64,000 nucleotides of DNA from Ostreococcus lucimarinus. Taxonomy: Eukaryota. The position numbers were made by a program, and so were the translations under genes. The stretch is taken from NCBI GenBank assembly GCA_000092065.1, contig CP000585.1; one strand, written 5' to 3'. Below, piece by piece: positions 49,783-61,226 of this stretch (positions within the stretch are counted from its first letter, which is position 1; every line of letters begins with the position of its first letter). The notes under the pieces are model-generated. The model made no database searches. It was not told the origin of the DNA and was given only the letters and a program-made list of their open reading frames with translations.

Positions 49783-49787
49783 TTGTA
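49783..49787 (+). terminator. TGTAA poly(A) signal candidate about 47 nt after the RSH stop
   Basis: The motif lies in gactttgtaacgcgg downstream of TAA 49734-49736. Confidence 0.35.
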
Positions 49788-49954
49788 ACGCGGCGAACAA
49801 AGCATAACTTAAGCGCGCCGCAGGAGCGAGCGCCGAAGGAACGACGACAACCCCACCGCCCATCACTTTGCGACGCTCGACGCCCGTGCGAACGCCTTTG
49901 CGACGCTCGATCGCGGAGGAGACGAACATAAACGTTCGCGCGCGCGCAATCATC

Positions 49955-50791
49955 ATGGCGAAACCGCCCGCGCGCTCGAGCGCGTCAAAGAAATCGACGA
50001 AATCCACAACCAAAAACGCTTCGGCGGCGGCGGCGGCGACGGCTGGCGCGAACGATGCCTCGCGCGTGGACGTCGATCAAGTGCGCAAGGCGATCGAAGC
50101 ACTGGCGACGCACATAGAGAAGGTTGCGAGCGAAAAACCCCAGAGCGCTCTGTTCGAAGACGAGGCCGAGACGTTCAGCGCGCTCATCTCGCTGCGAAGG
50201 ACACCCAAGGAGGCGACGAGCGCGCGACTGGTGCCGGTGCCGATTCCGCACCCGTTGCTCGATCTCGCCAGCGCGGAGTTGTGCTTGATCGTGAAGGATC
50301 ATCAGGGCGAAGGACATAAGGAGGCGAAGAAGCGCGTGGCGGAGATGGCCAAGTGCGGGGTTGCAAAAGTGTTGGGGATATCCAAGTTGAAGGCAAACTA
50401 CAAGGCGCACGAGCAAAAGCGCAAGCTGTGCGACTCGTACGACATGTTCTTAGCCGATGATCGCGTGTTGCCTCTGTTGCCCAAGTTACTGGGTAAGAAT
50501 TTCTTCAAAAAGAAGAAGCAGCCGGTGGCGGTCGATTTAACTAAAAAGGATTGGGTGGCTCAGATTCAGCGCGCTGTCGGCGCGACGTACTTGCACGTCT
50601 CCGGAGGCACGTGCGTCAACGTCAAAGTCGGCAAGAGCACGATGGAAGTGGACGAAATCGTAGAAAACACCATGGCGGCGATCGAAGGAGCGGTAAGCAA
50701 GATTCCGCGAAGGTGGGGGAACATCCAGAGCATCTACATCAAGACGCCAGATTCCGTGGCGTTACCCGTGTACGTCGCGCCGCCGGAGTGA
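49955..50791 (+). CDS. Ribosomal L1 domain-containing protein (Cic1/Nsa3/RSL1D1-like ribosome biogenesis factor)
   Basis: ORF 49868..50791. ATG 49955 (MAKPPARSS) was verified. The Lys-rich N-terminus is followed by an L1p-like fold: LPLLPKLLGKNFFKKKKQPVAVDL...TYLHVSGGTCVNVKVGKSTM. Confidence 0.55.
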   Translation: MAKPPARSSASKKSTKSTTKNASAAAAATAGANDASRVDVDQVRKAIEALATHIEKVASEKPQSALFEDEAETFSALISLRRTPKEATSARLVPVPIPHPLLDLASAELCLIVKDHQGEGHKEAKKRVAEMAKCGVAKVLGISKLKANYKAHEQKRKLCDSYDMFLADDRVLPLLPKLLGKNFFKKKKQPVAVDLTKKDWVAQIQRAVGATYLHVSGGTCVNVKVGKSTMEVDEIVENTMAAIEGAVSKIPRRWGNIQSIYIKTPDSVALPVYVAPPE

Positions 50792-50945
50792 GTTTCGTGA
50801 ACGTTTTAGCAGACTGTAACTTCTATATTACACGTGAAGAAATCTACCACGCGTATTGTATCGCATCGTATCGTGTCGCCGCGCGCGTTTGTTTCATCCC
50901 TGCGCATATCTCTGTGAACGCGCGCGTCGTCAGTCGTTTCGTCTT

Positions 50946-51557
<612 letters not shown>

Positions 51558-51813
51558 CTACGGTGTCGTCTATCGATCGTCGTGCACACGGTCGAGGCGT
51601 TCGGGTGCGTGCGATCGGTCTACGGGTTTCTCGATCGACGCCTCACGCGTCGCCGTCTCGCCTCGTCTCGTCCTCGTCGTCGTCGCGTGGCGCGTCGTCG
51701 TCTGACGCGTCGGTCTCGAAAGTTCAAACGAACGAACGTCCGCGCGAATTTCGCCGCGCGCGAGGGTTTACGAGTGCTTTACGGGTGCTTGTTGAATAAA
51801 CGTGGTTTTCTAT

Positions 51814-51867
51814 ATCGTGCGCAAATTTCTCCTAAATCGTATCGTGCGCAAATTTCTCCTAAATCGA
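51814..51867. repeat. 27-bp tandem duplication (2 copies, 26/27 identical) spanning the ChlD stop codon and last three codons
   Basis: atcgtgcgcaaatttctcctaaatcgt occurs at 51814-51840 and again at 51841-51867. The ChlD stop cta (minus TAG) is at 51859-51861 inside copy 2. Copy 1 lies in the 3' UTR. Confidence 0.85.
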
Positions 51868-54129
51868 CTTGGCTTCCGCCATTGCCGAAGCCGTCGCCGC
51901 CGCAATCTCTCTCTCGGTACCGTTCGGCAAGTAGTAGTACTTGCCTTGGGCGTTTTGGGCGAGCTTCTCGGCGGTGCCAGACGAAAGGAACTTGTTTTCG
52001 GTGTCAATGACGAGCACCGACATACCGGCGGCGCCGATTCTCGCCGCCGTGTCAGCCACTTCCTGTTCGAGCTCTTCGTTCGTGGGCTTCTTGGCGTCGG
52101 GGCCGAGATACTCCGGATCTCGTTGCGACTTGTTGATGGACACGTTGGCGCGACCGTCGGTGAGGCACACAATCATGACGCGTCCGACGTCTCCCGTGGA
52201 CATGGCGTTGAGTCCGACGCGCGCCGCGACGGACAACCCGTGCGCTAAGGGGGAACCACCACCGCACGCCATGGTGTCGAGACGGTTTCTCGCCATCGCG
52301 ATCGATCGCGACGGCGGCAAGAGCACTTCAGCTTCGTCACCTCGGAAAGGGACGATGGACACCATGTCGCGGCTTTGGTACGAGCTTTCCAAGATTGAAA
52401 GTGCGGCGCCCTTCGCGCCTTGCATTCTGTTCAACGCCATCGAACCGGAGGCATCGACGAGGAAAATGACCAATGCACCGGATTTACGCGCGAGCTTCTT
52501 CGCTCGCATGTCACCCTTTTCGACATAAACCTTCTTCTTCTCCGCGTTGGGATCGCGCTCGCGTCGAGCGCTTTGGTACGGAGCAGCGGCGCGCAACGTC
52601 GCGTCAACCGCCAAACGAATCGTCTTACCCTTGGGTAAAATGGGCTTAATATAGCGACCACGATCGGTGGAGAAAATGACGCTCTTCGAACGACCGGAGC
52701 GGCCGCCTTGTCTGTTGGTTTGTTGCGCGAACTGAGTCACATCCTTGTCGAGGATGACGCCCTCGGCGTCAAAGATGAACTCCTCCGGAACGTCCGGAAT
52801 ATCGTCCTCTTCTTCCTCGTCTTCCTCGTTCTCTTCCTCGTTCTCTTCATCTTGGTCTTCGTCTTCCGCGTTATCTTGCGGCGGCGGCGGTGGCGGCGGC
52901 GGTTCCTGCATGTCGTCTTCATCCGGCGGCGGCGCGTCTTGCAAAATATCAGAGCGCGGTACGATAACCAATCGCACGGCTTCCTTCAAGTCGTCAGCGT
53001 TCACCTTGGATCGACCGTCGAGTGCGGCGAGTGCCTTGGCCGCCTTGACGGCGAAAAGTTCGGCGCGATGACCTTGAATCTGACCGCGAATGGACTCGCG
53101 CACCAAGTACTCGACTTGATCTTGCGAAATCGTGCAATCCTTCAACCACTCGCGCGCCAAGATGATGTTCGTCTTGATACCTTCCGTCGCCTCTTCCACG
53201 CTCTTCACCGAGTTTTCGGCCGCGTTTTGGAAGTTCATCGCTTGGCTAACCGCCTCGACGCGGTCCTCAAATGTCAACATCTGATCCGCCGAGAGCGTCA
53301 CCGCGATGCGGTCCAACAGGTGCTCGCGAAGGTTACCCTCCTCCGGGTTAAACGTCGCGATCAAAAGCGGCTTACACGGGTGCTTGAGCGTGATGCCTTC
53401 GCGCTCGACGACGTTTTCACCCTCGGCAAGCACGGAAAGCAACAAGTTGGCGACCCCGTCGTCGAGGAGGTTGATTTCGTCGACATAAAGGATGCCCCTG
53501 TGCGCCTGCGCCAACAGCCCGGGTTGGAAAATCGTCTTCCCTTGCTTCATGGACTCTTCGATGTCGACCGTACCGATCAAACGATCTTCCGTCACTCCGA
53601 GCGGGAGCTGCACGAACGGCGCGTCGCGGATGATCGTCTCCACGTTCCCGTCGGCGTTCCTCGTTACCTTTTCGCTCAACCCCTCCTCCCACTCATCCGG
53701 CTTGGACGGGTCGGCGTTGCAATACGAATCCTTCACGCACTCGATCGGCGGTAACAGCGCGTGCAAACCGCGAGCCATGATGGATTTCGCCGTTCCTCGT
53801 CGTCCCGAGATCGCGATCCCTCCCAACGTCGGGTCGATCCCTCCCAAAAGCAGCGCCGACTTGATCTTTTCCTGCCCGATCACCGCCGCGAGCGGGAACG
53901 TCTGGCGCATGGTGCTCTCCTCCTTTTCGACCTTCATGTCTTGTTCCATCTGCATCACCTCCTTCATGCGCTGTTCGAGTTCGGACTCCGACGCTTCATC
54001 CGCCACCGCCGCGCGCACGACGCGTCGAGGCGTCGCGCGCGCGCGCGCCGCGCGCGCGCCCGCGCGCGAGGTCTTCGTCTGGCACACGCGAGACGCGGGA
54101 CGCGCGGTGGCGGGCGTTCGCGCGAGCAT
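51859..54129 (-). CDS. CHLD: Magnesium chelatase subunit D (ChlD), plastid
   Basis: 756 aa. The AAA+ N-terminal half reads [40 protein letters not shown] poly-Pro/acidic linker reads [34 protein letters not shown]. The C-terminal VWA domain has the MIDAS motif DASGSM. It has an N-terminal transit peptide. Confidence 0.9.
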   Translation of the reverse strand: MLARTPATARPASRVCQTKTSRAGARAARARATPRRVVRAAVADEASESELEQRMKEVMQMEQDMKVEKEESTMRQTFPLAAVIGQEKIKSALLLGGIDPTLGGIAISGRRGTAKSIMARGLHALLPPIECVKDSYCNADPSKPDEWEEGLSEKVTRNADGNVETIIRDAPFVQLPLGVTEDRLIGTVDIEESMKQGKTIFQPGLLAQAHRGILYVDEINLLDDGVANLLLSVLAEGENVVEREGITLKHPCKPLLIATFNPEEGNLREHLLDRIAVTLSADQMLTFEDRVEAVSQAMNFQNAAENSVKSVEEATEGIKTNIILAREWLKDCTISQDQVEYLVRESIRGQIQGHRAELFAVKAAKALAALDGRSKVNADDLKEAVRLVIVPRSDILQDAPPPDEDDMQEPPPPPPPPQDNAEDEDQDEENEEENEEDEEEEDDIPDVPEEFIFDAEGVILDKDVTQFAQQTNRQGGRSGRSKSVIFSTDRGRYIKPILPKGKTIRLAVDATLRAAAPYQSARRERDPNAEKKKVYVEKGDMRAKKLARKSGALVIFLVDASGSMALNRMQGAKGAALSILESSYQSRDMVSIVPFRGDEAEVLLPPSRSIAMARNRLDTMACGGGSPLAHGLSVAARVGLNAMSTGDVGRVMIVCLTDGRANVSINKSQRDPEYLGPDAKKPTNEELEQEVADTAARIGAAGMSVLVIDTENKFLSSGTAEKLAQNAQGKYYYLPNGTEREIAAATASAMAEAKSI

Positions 54130-54284
54130 GGCGCTTCGCTTCGATCAAGCGACGCACGTGTGCGTGTACGTCCGACAGCGCGCGCGGTCGCGAGCGTCGC
54201 GGTCTGCGACGCGCGACGACGACGACGACGACGACGCGCGACGATGGGTCGGGCGTTTGGATAAAATCGACGCGCTCGGGGAGG

Positions 54285-54350
54285 GAGAAATGTATCATCA
54301 CGTATTATAAGTACATTTATGTCTATGTAAAATAATCAATCGTGTGATAA
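54285..54350. promoter_or_regulatory. AT-rich island in the ChlD promoter / helicase 3' flank
   Basis: atgtatcatcacgtattataagtacatttatgtctatgtaaaataatcaatcgtgtgataacg sits in a sequence that is otherwise about 70% GC. It contains TATA-like elements and a plus-strand TGTAA motif. Confidence 0.4.
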
Positions 54351-54371
54351 CGTGGTCTATCCAAGATTCCA

Positions 54372-57300
54372 CTACGCCGCGAGCCAGGTGCCGAGCAAGC
54401 CGTCGAGGACAATCTTCGAGTCTCTCTTCGCGAAGCCGGCGTCGCGGCCTCTTCTGCCCGCTTGTACGCAGGATGGACATCCTGACGCACAACCACAGCT
54501 TTTCAAAGTCTCCAGCGCCCGTCGCCACAATTCTTCGCAATTCTCAAACACCTTTTCGGCGATGCCGATGCCGCCCGGCGTCGTGTCGTATAAGAAAATA
54601 CGCGCGGCGGCGGGTCCGGTTTCATTCGGGTTCGGGAGCTGCGTAGCACCGGCGACGTCTCTCGTATCACACATCGCGATACTCGCGACGAGTCCACCGC
54701 ACACGTTCGCGACCCCATTCGTCGCTTCCCGGAGCGCGTCTGCTGCGACGCGGCGATTGACGACTTCATCGGGTAGATTGAAAAACACCGCTCGAGTGCG
54801 GTACTGCGCCGCAATCACGGGCGTCTTCCAAATCTCTTCGTGGAGCAATTTTCCAGTTTTATGATCACTCCTGGCGTACCCGAGTACTTTTTCAGAGACG
54901 ACGATGTCGCCGAGATGGACACGCGTGGCGGCGCAATTCTTCGAAACCAATTCGCCGACGCCTTGCTCTGGGTCTGGCGCGAGAACTTCAACTTCCGTCC
55001 GTTCGCGCGTCTGCGTCGTTTCGAACTTTTCGTAAGGTGCCGCGTGCGCGATACGGTTTTCAATGTCAAGCCGCTGTACAATGAAAGCCTTCCGTCGAGC
55101 GATGAATACGCAACCCACGTACAGTCTCGCGAGAGCGCGATGGCCTTCAATTTCTTCAACCAACGACCCGCTAGGGGACTCGAGTAGTTTCCAAGCTTCG
55201 CCGCTCTGCACGCCGCGTAGCATGACAGATCTGTGCGGATATACGTTCGGCGCGCACTCGATCGTCTTTGTCGTTTTGTTGAAAACGCACGTGCGCGCCG
55301 ACGTCGACGAGCCCAACGCGCGCTTAATGGCGAGATGCAAAGGCGCCTTGAAGTTTGGCGCAATCGACGTCATTCCCGGCGCCGCATCATCGCGACTCGC
55401 CGTGAACATGACTGCGTCATCACCTCGCAAATCAAGCGCGACTTCTTTCGCCGCACACGGCAAATGTATCTCTAAAATTGCAGAATTGTGTGGGTCGACG
55501 AGCGCCTCTTCGCTCTGTCGCTCAAACAATTCACCAGGCCTGGTGACGTAGTGGTAGTCCAGAGGACGCTCGCACGCAATGACGATGGCGACAGATGCCC
55601 CTCGGCGACGTCCCGCACGACCAGCTTGCTGCCACATTGCCGATGCCGTTTCAGGAACTCCCACGTGCACGGTTGCGTCCAACGATCCGACGTCGATGCC
55701 CATCTCCAAAGCGCTCGTGCACACAAGCGCGCTGATTTCGCCGTTCTGCAAACGACGTTCTAGTTTTCTTCGTTCAATTTGATTGTATCCCGCTCGATAA
55801 GAGTCGACTTTTGAGGCCAATTCTGGGTTCTTTTTCGCTAAATTTGCTTTTGCGTCGCGCGAAACCGTCTCCGCCAACGTTCGCGCGCTGACGAAGACGA
55901 GACAGCGTATTTTGCTTCGCACTAAATCGGCAACGATATCTGCAGCTTCGGCATAGGGCGAACGACGCTGACGTTGCGTGCCCGAAGCATCCTCACCCGA
56001 AAGACTCGCAAGATTTGGTTGCTGAAACCACGTCGCCGCGCTCATCCCGCCCGCTTCCGACTCGGGCGGTTGCCACAAAATCATCGCCTTCTCACCACTC
56101 GGCGCGCCGGAGATATCCACGCACACTGGCGTGCGCGTCGTAAGGCGTCGGATGTGCTGAACTGGGTTAGAGATCGTCGCCGACGTACAGATGAACTCTG
56201 GTCTTGTCGTCGGGTCCCACGACGCGCACACGCGCGAAAGTCGCCGAAGAACGTTGGCGACGTGACTGCCACTCACGCCCGTGTGCGTGTGCGCCTCGTC
56301 CAAGACTATGTACCGCAACGACCCCCAAAACTTTTTACCCCACGTCCTGTGACCTGGAAGCATGGCGTGATGCAATGAATCGGGATTGGTCAAGATGATT
56401 TGCGTGCCTTGAATTTTTATCTGTTTCTTCGCCGCCTCGTCGGTGTCGCCGTCGCACACCGCCAACTTTGCGTCGGCGAGGCGCTCTAATCGTTTCATGT
56501 CGATGTCTGGAAAGTTCAACTTCATGAACTCTTTCTTCGCCTTCGCTGTCGCATCACCGTGCTTCTTCATCCGTTCATCGATTTCGTACTTGAACTCTTG
56601 CGCCGCTTGCACGACGCGGCGCATCTTGTGTAACTGGTCGTTCGCGAGAGCCTTCAACGGAAACATCAGCAGCGCCTTGGACTGCTTCGACCTTTCGTCC
56701 ATGATCGCTTCGAAAATCGGCACCACGTAGCATATCGATTTCCCCGAAGCCGTGGGCGTCGAAACGACAACCGAGCGCCCCGAGCGCGCGGCTTTAATCG
56801 CCGCGCTTTGATGCGAATAGAGGCGCGTCGTTCCGCAACGAGCCAGTACCGCGGCGAGGGTGCCATCGACCTCAAAGTCCGGCGGTGATGTGTTGTCCTC
56901 TTCGCGTCGATCGAGCCATTTCACGCCCACGCACTGCGGTTTCGCCGACATGTTTGACACGAACGCGCGCACGTCGCCGTCTTCGACGAGCACGCGGGCC
57001 TTGGACTTTTTACCGCCCGTCGACTTTGTCGTTCCGCCGTACGATGTTTCGGGCGTCGACTCGCACGCGTTTGCGCTCGGTCGGGGCGTCAACACGCCGT
57101 CCGGTACCGCCGACACCTTCCTTTTCTTCGCAGCCTCGAACGCGATGTGAAAAATCTCGTCGTCGTCGTCGTCGTCGTCGTCAAGACTTAACGGTCGTGT
57201 AGTCGTCGCGCCGTCGTCCACGCGAGCGCGAGAACGCGCATCGCCGTCGTCGTCGCCACCGCGCATCGTCGCCACCTCCCTAGCGGCGATCGACGCCGCC

Positions 57301-57545
57301 GGCGACGCGCGCGGTTGTGGCGCACCGTTGGCCCCGAGGATGTGGGTATAGCGCATCCGAGGCTCCGTGCCGGCGTCGGCGCCGGCGCTCGAACAACCGT
57401 AGACACGTTCGTAGCTGTCGCCGTAATAAAATATAGTCTTATGAGCGTGCTCGTCGCGGTCACGCGCTACCTCGCCGCGAAGTCGTTCCGTCGCCGCGCC
57501 CTGGGCGCGGCGCTTCGCCCACAAGGTGACGCGCTCGCCACTCAC
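54372..57545 (-). CDS. DEAD/DEAH-box superfamily-2 helicase with a C-terminal DUF1998/MrfA-type zinc-finger domain (HRQ1/RecQ4-like). The start is uncertain.
   Basis: 1057-aa ORF. Motif I is VVVSTPTASGKSICYVVPI. Motif II is YIVLDEAHTHTG. Motif III is TSATISNP. Motif VI is QQAGRAGRRG. The C-terminus has ...LKSCGCASGCPSCVQ. An acidic run DDDDDDDDE lies near the N-terminus. Confidence 0.65.
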   Translation of the reverse strand: MSGERVTLWAKRRAQGAATERLRGEVARDRDEHAHKTIFYYGDSYERVYGCSSAGADAGTEPRMRYTHILGANGAPQPRASPAASIAAREVATMRGGDDDGDARSRARVDDGATTTRPLSLDDDDDDDDEIFHIAFEAAKKRKVSAVPDGVLTPRPSANACESTPETSYGGTTKSTGGKKSKARVLVEDGDVRAFVSNMSAKPQCVGVKWLDRREEDNTSPPDFEVDGTLAAVLARCGTTRLYSHQSAAIKAARSGRSVVVSTPTASGKSICYVVPIFEAIMDERSKQSKALLMFPLKALANDQLHKMRRVVQAAQEFKYEIDERMKKHGDATAKAKKEFMKLNFPDIDMKRLERLADAKLAVCDGDTDEAAKKQIKIQGTQIILTNPDSLHHAMLPGHRTWGKKFWGSLRYIVLDEAHTHTGVSGSHVANVLRRLSRVCASWDPTTRPEFICTSATISNPVQHIRRLTTRTPVCVDISGAPSGEKAMILWQPPESEAGGMSAATWFQQPNLASLSGEDASGTQRQRRSPYAEAADIVADLVRSKIRCLVFVSARTLAETVSRDAKANLAKKNPELASKVDSYRAGYNQIERRKLERRLQNGEISALVCTSALEMGIDVGSLDATVHVGVPETASAMWQQAGRAGRRRGASVAIVIACERPLDYHYVTRPGELFERQSEEALVDPHNSAILEIHLPCAAKEVALDLRGDDAVMFTASRDDAAPGMTSIAPNFKAPLHLAIKRALGSSTSARTCVFNKTTKTIECAPNVYPHRSVMLRGVQSGEAWKLLESPSGSLVEEIEGHRALARLYVGCVFIARRKAFIVQRLDIENRIAHAAPYEKFETTQTRERTEVEVLAPDPEQGVGELVSKNCAATRVHLGDIVVSEKVLGYARSDHKTGKLLHEEIWKTPVIAAQYRTRAVFFNLPDEVVNRRVAADALREATNGVANVCGGLVASIAMCDTRDVAGATQLPNPNETGPAAARIFLYDTTPGGIGIAEKVFENCEELWRRALETLKSCGCASGCPSCVQAGRRGRDAGFAKRDSKIVLDGLLGTWLAA

Positions 57546-57563
57546 CGACGCCCGAAATTTTAC

Positions 57564-58637
57564 ATGAGCGATCGCGTCGAAGTTTTCGTGTGCGGAGGCA
57601 CCGGTCTGGTGGGATCGGCGTTGGTGACGCAGCTGCGCGCGAACGCGGCGTCGCGCGCGAACATCAAGCTCGTCGGCTTTTGTTCGTCAACCAAAATCAT
57701 CGCGTTCGAGGGCGAGCAGAAAGAAAGCGTCGTTCGCGAGAGCGCGGACAGACGAGTGCCGAGCGACGATGAAATCATGCAGTGCTGCTCCTCGCCAAAC
57801 GCCACCGTGTGTGTTGTGGACGCCACGTCGAGCGAAGACGTGTCGGCGTTGTACGCCCCGTGGCTCGAGCGTCGCTGGCATGTGGTGACGTGCAACAAAA
57901 AGGTAAATAGCGGCAATCTCGAGTATTACACTCGGTGCATGGACGCGACTAAAAATGGAGGAGGGAAGTGGTTTGTCGAAGCGACGATTGGCGCCGGTTT
58001 ACCCATCGTCAGTACGCTCCGAACGCTCGTCGCGACGGGAGACGAAATCGAATCCGTGCAAGGCATTTTTTCTGGAACGATGAGCTTCTTATTCAACACT
58101 TGGGACGGCGAAAGCGCATTTTCGGAGACCGTAGCGCTCGCAAAGGCGGCTGGGTACACCGAACCGGACCCACGCGAGGATCTCAACGGTTTAGACGTCG
58201 CGAGAAAAGTCGTCATCGCCGCGCGCGAGTGCGGCGTCGCGCTCAGCCTGGACGACGTCGTGGTGCAATCAATGGTACCCTCCGAGCTTGCGTCGTGCTC
58301 CGCGGATGAATTTCTCGAACGGTACGCTGAAAATGACGCGGCGATGGCTCAGGCCGCGGCGAACGCTTCGAAGAAAGGATGCGTTCTTCGCTTCGTCGGT
58401 CACGTCGACGTCAAGGCGCGCTCGGCATCAGTTCGTCTCGTGGAATTCGCCAAGGCGCATCCCTTCGCTACGCTTTCGGGCGCTGATAATATTTTCGAAA
58501 TCAAAACGGCGCGTTACGGTCCCACGGGAGGATCGACCCCGTTGATCGTTCGAGGTCCTGGCGCCGGCGCCGCGGTCACGGCTGCCGGGGTGTTCGGCGA
58601 CATCGTCGGATTGGCAAAGAATTTGTCGCTCGCGTAG
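57564..58637 (+). CDS. Homoserine dehydrogenase
   Basis: ORF 57315..58637. ATG 57564 (MSDRVEVFVCGGTGLVGSA) was verified. The NAD-binding motif is GxGxVG. The catalytic region reads EATIGAGLPIVSTLRTL...GIFSGTMSFLFN. The C-terminus reads PLIVRGPGAGAAVTAAGVFGDI. Confidence 0.8.
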   Translation: MSDRVEVFVCGGTGLVGSALVTQLRANAASRANIKLVGFCSSTKIIAFEGEQKESVVRESADRRVPSDDEIMQCCSSPNATVCVVDATSSEDVSALYAPWLERRWHVVTCNKKVNSGNLEYYTRCMDATKNGGGKWFVEATIGAGLPIVSTLRTLVATGDEIESVQGIFSGTMSFLFNTWDGESAFSETVALAKAAGYTEPDPREDLNGLDVARKVVIAARECGVALSLDDVVVQSMVPSELASCSADEFLERYAENDAAMAQAAANASKKGCVLRFVGHVDVKARSASVRLVEFAKAHPFATLSGADNIFEIKTARYGPTGGSTPLIVRGPGAGAAVTAAGVFGDIVGLAKNLSLA

Positions 58638-58729
58638 GGCTCGCGTAGGGCTCGCGTAGGCACTAGATACATCGTCGGATTGGCAAAGAATTTGTCGCTC
58701 GCGTAGGGCTCGCGTAGGGCTCGCGTAGG
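58601..58729. repeat. 60-bp unit tandemly duplicated with a 9-bp spacer (69-bp period) across the HSD stop codon. Each unit holds three ctcgcgtagg sub-repeats.
   Basis: catcgtcggattggcaaagaatttgtcgctcgcgtagggctcgcgtagggctcgcgtagg occurs at 58601-58660 and identically at 58670-58729. The HSD stop TAG is at 58635-58637 in copy 1. Confidence 0.9.
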
Positions 58730-58805
58730 AGATATAACTATGCATCACAAACACGAATATTTGCGCTAGCGGTCTCTCGATCGATTGTTTTCCATTCGTT
58801 GATAT

Positions 58806-59861
58806 TCAGTCGGCGACGCGCTTTTCGAATTCTCGCTCGAGGATACGAGTTAAGAATCCTTGGCTCAGCATATCCCTCACCGCCACCCCACACTCGCTCG
58901 ACGCTTTAAAAACATCCATGACCGCCGGCGGCGAGATGGGAAGGAACAGCTCGGCGAGCGCGCGCACTGAATTTGCCACGCGGGATATATTTTCGCGTTG
59001 AACCGGAGACACTTCATCGCCGTGAAGCTCGCGCAGCTCGTCCACGACATCACTCGGCTCGCGGCGAATCTCCGACTCGCGCGGTGCGGTGGCGCCGCTC
59101 GGCGCACCAACCCAAATGAAACCGTTGCACCCGAGTAAGATTTCCACGTCGTTCGCTTCAGCGGCGACGCCGTCGTGAAACTCGTCCATCTTAAGCCTGT
59201 GAAAATGCTGAGGCAATCGGCGCACTAAATTCGCAGTCACTCGCACGAGCTGACCATTCTTCAAGCAACCGTACTTCAAGCTTCGCGTGTGCAGCGCGGC
59301 GGCGCCATCGGCGTACACGCTCTGCACTTCGGCGCTCACGACGTCGTCTTCGGCGTACAGCATGCGCATGTTCAACTCATCCACATCGTTCCGTCGTCTC
59401 TGCACGTTCCCGGGCAAATGCACCGCACTGAGCTGCAATACCCCATTCTGTCGCGCGTTCACGTCTAAAATCCAACGCTTACCAGATATCTCTTTCACGC
59501 GCCCAAGCACGACGTCACCCGTTTCTGGCGCATAGCGCGCTTTCAACGCTCGCACTGAGACGAGTTTATTCACGCGTTCAACCACGCCCGCGGTCGTGGC
59601 CACTAACCCACGATCATCGTCGCCGTCACCGTCGGTTCCATTGTCCTCTGCGATCGGTCGCGTGCCGTGTCCTCGCAAGAAACCTTCAGACGAATCGATC
59701 CCTGGGATGCGTTCGCCCGGGCTCACGAACGCGCGCGCGGACGAGCTCGCCGTCGCGCATTGCTCCAGCGCGCGCTTCGCGCGCTTGAACGCGCGCGTCG
59801 TCGACGCGTCGGCGTCTCGAAAACTCACCACCATGCGTCCACGGACGCGCGCGACCGACAC
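58806..59861 (-). CDS. Exosome complex component RRP4 (S1 + KH domains)
   Basis: 351 aa. The S1 segment reads GDVVLGRVKEISGKRWILDVNARQNGVLQLSAVHLPG..RRR..DEL.MR. It continues ...AEVQSVYADGAAALHTRSLKYGCLKNGQLV and the KH-like LLGCNGFIWVG. Confidence 0.75.
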   Translation of the reverse strand: MSVARVRGRMVVSFRDADASTTRAFKRAKRALEQCATASSSARAFVSPGERIPGIDSSEGFLRGHGTRPIAEDNGTDGDGDDDRGLVATTAGVVERVNKLVSVRALKARYAPETGDVVLGRVKEISGKRWILDVNARQNGVLQLSAVHLPGNVQRRRNDVDELNMRMLYAEDDVVSAEVQSVYADGAAALHTRSLKYGCLKNGQLVRVTANLVRRLPQHFHRLKMDEFHDGVAAEANDVEILLGCNGFIWVGAPSGATAPRESEIRREPSDVVDELRELHGDEVSPVQRENISRVANSVRALAELFLPISPPAVMDVFKASSECGVAVRDMLSQGFLTRILEREFEKRVAD

Positions 59862-59924
59862 TGAAAGCTGTCGAGCGCGGCATTCCGTCCCGGCGGCGGC
59901 AGTGCGAGTCGCGTCTTCGCGTCT

Positions 59925-61226
59925 ATGACGCGCGCGAGCGCGGTGAACAAACCGGATTCGGACGACGAAAGCGATGACGATCGCGAAGACGGAGACGCGC
60001 CCGCGCCCGCGCGCGCGCCCGCGCCGCGCGACGTCGTCGAGGGCAAGGCTGCGCGAGCGGCTCGTAAGCGGGCGGCGAAGCGCGCGAGAGACGCGGCGTC
60101 GCGGGCGCTCGCGAATGCAGACGATGAGGACGTCGACGATGTGAACGTGAATGACGCAGACGCGTCGCGCGTGCGCGCGTGCAAGCTTTGCGCAAGGTCG
60201 TTACCCCTTCGAGCGTTTCCGCCTCGACAGCTTCGCAAGGCGAGGAGCGCGTGCGCCGAGTGCTGCGCGACGCAAGCAGAGAAGGATGCTCCCGCTCCGG
60301 AACGGAAGCGAAAGATGACGAAACGCGAGAAACTAGCCGAAGCGATTGAGGCGAGAAAAAAGAAGAGGAGCGAGAAGGTGGCAGAAGAGCCCACGGCTGA
60401 GGCGAAGAACGAAGAGCGAAGAGCGAAGAAAGTCGCTGCGGCAAAAGCTGACGACGAGAGCGAGAGCGAGAGCGAGAGCGAGTCTGCTTCTTCGAGCGGT
60501 GAAAGCTCATCTTCGTCGAGTTCATCATCATCTTCTAGCTTAGACGAAGAGGCGCCGAAGAAGCCAAACGACGACCGAGCCTTGACGGCCGAAGAACGCG
60601 AGCTGCGAGCCCGACAAGTCTTCGTAGGCGGTATTCCCTTCAACAAGACAGAAGAAGACATCGAAGAGGCATTCATGGATGATACGCTCACCGTCGAAAG
60701 CGTCGATTGCATGACTTTTCCGGATACCGGGCGTTTCCGCGGTATCGCAATAGTCACCTTCGCCTCGGCGAACATCGCGAACGAGGCTTTGCGATGGCAC
60801 GACACCGAATGGGACGGAATGGTACTCGTCGTGAAACCGTACGAGCCAAAAACACCTGAAGCGCCCAAACCTAAGCTTAATGTGGGTAAAGTTGAAGGTC
60901 AACACATCGCCTTTGTGGCAAACTTGGATTACAGCGTCACGGAGGACATTCTTAGAGAAACGTTTTCTCCAAGCGACGGCGCTATTACGGATGTTCGCAT
61001 GGGTGTGGACAAGGAAACCGGCGATTTCCGTGGCTACGCGCACATTGAATTCGCTAGTGATGGCGATTTAGAGCGTGCGTTGCTAAGAGACGGAGAAGAA
61101 CTCGTCGGTGGACGGGCAATGAAAGTGACGTACGCGACGGCGCGGAAGCAAACCACGACAAAACCGGAACGGAAATACGACAAAGGTAGACCGAGGTTCA
61201 AGGGAGCGGCGCGGCGGAAAAAGTGA
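59925..61226 (+). CDS. Nucleolin/NSR1-like RNA-binding protein: acidic/Ser-rich and K/E-rich N-terminus plus two RRMs
   Basis: 433 aa. RRM1 is QVFVGGIPFNKTEED...RFRGIAIVTFAS. RRM2 is HIAFVANLDYSVTEDILRETF...DFRGYAHIEFAS. There are poly-Ser and ESESESES tracts. Confidence 0.65.
   Translation: MTRASAVNKPDSDDESDDDREDGDAPAPARAPAPRDVVEGKAARAARKRAAKRARDAASRALANADDEDVDDVNVNDADASRVRACKLCARSLPLRAFPPRQLRKARSACAECCATQAEKDAPAPERKRKMTKREKLAEAIEARKKKRSEKVAEEPTAEAKNEERRAKKVAAAKADDESESESESESASSSGESSSSSSSSSSSSLDEEAPKKPNDDRALTAEERELRARQVFVGGIPFNKTEEDIEEAFMDDTLTVESVDCMTFPDTGRFRGIAIVTFASANIANEALRWHDTEWDGMVLVVKPYEPKTPEAPKPKLNVGKVEGQHIAFVANLDYSVTEDILRETFSPSDGAITDVRMGVDKETGDFRGYAHIEFASDGDLERALLRDGEELVGGRAMKVTYATARKQTTTKPERKYDKGRPRFKGAARRKK

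Noticed and set aside
58601-58729. HSD 3' duplication as a possible CRISPR-like or minisatellite array
   Set aside because: It has only two identical 60-bp units with a 9-bp spacer, with no variable spacers and no array.
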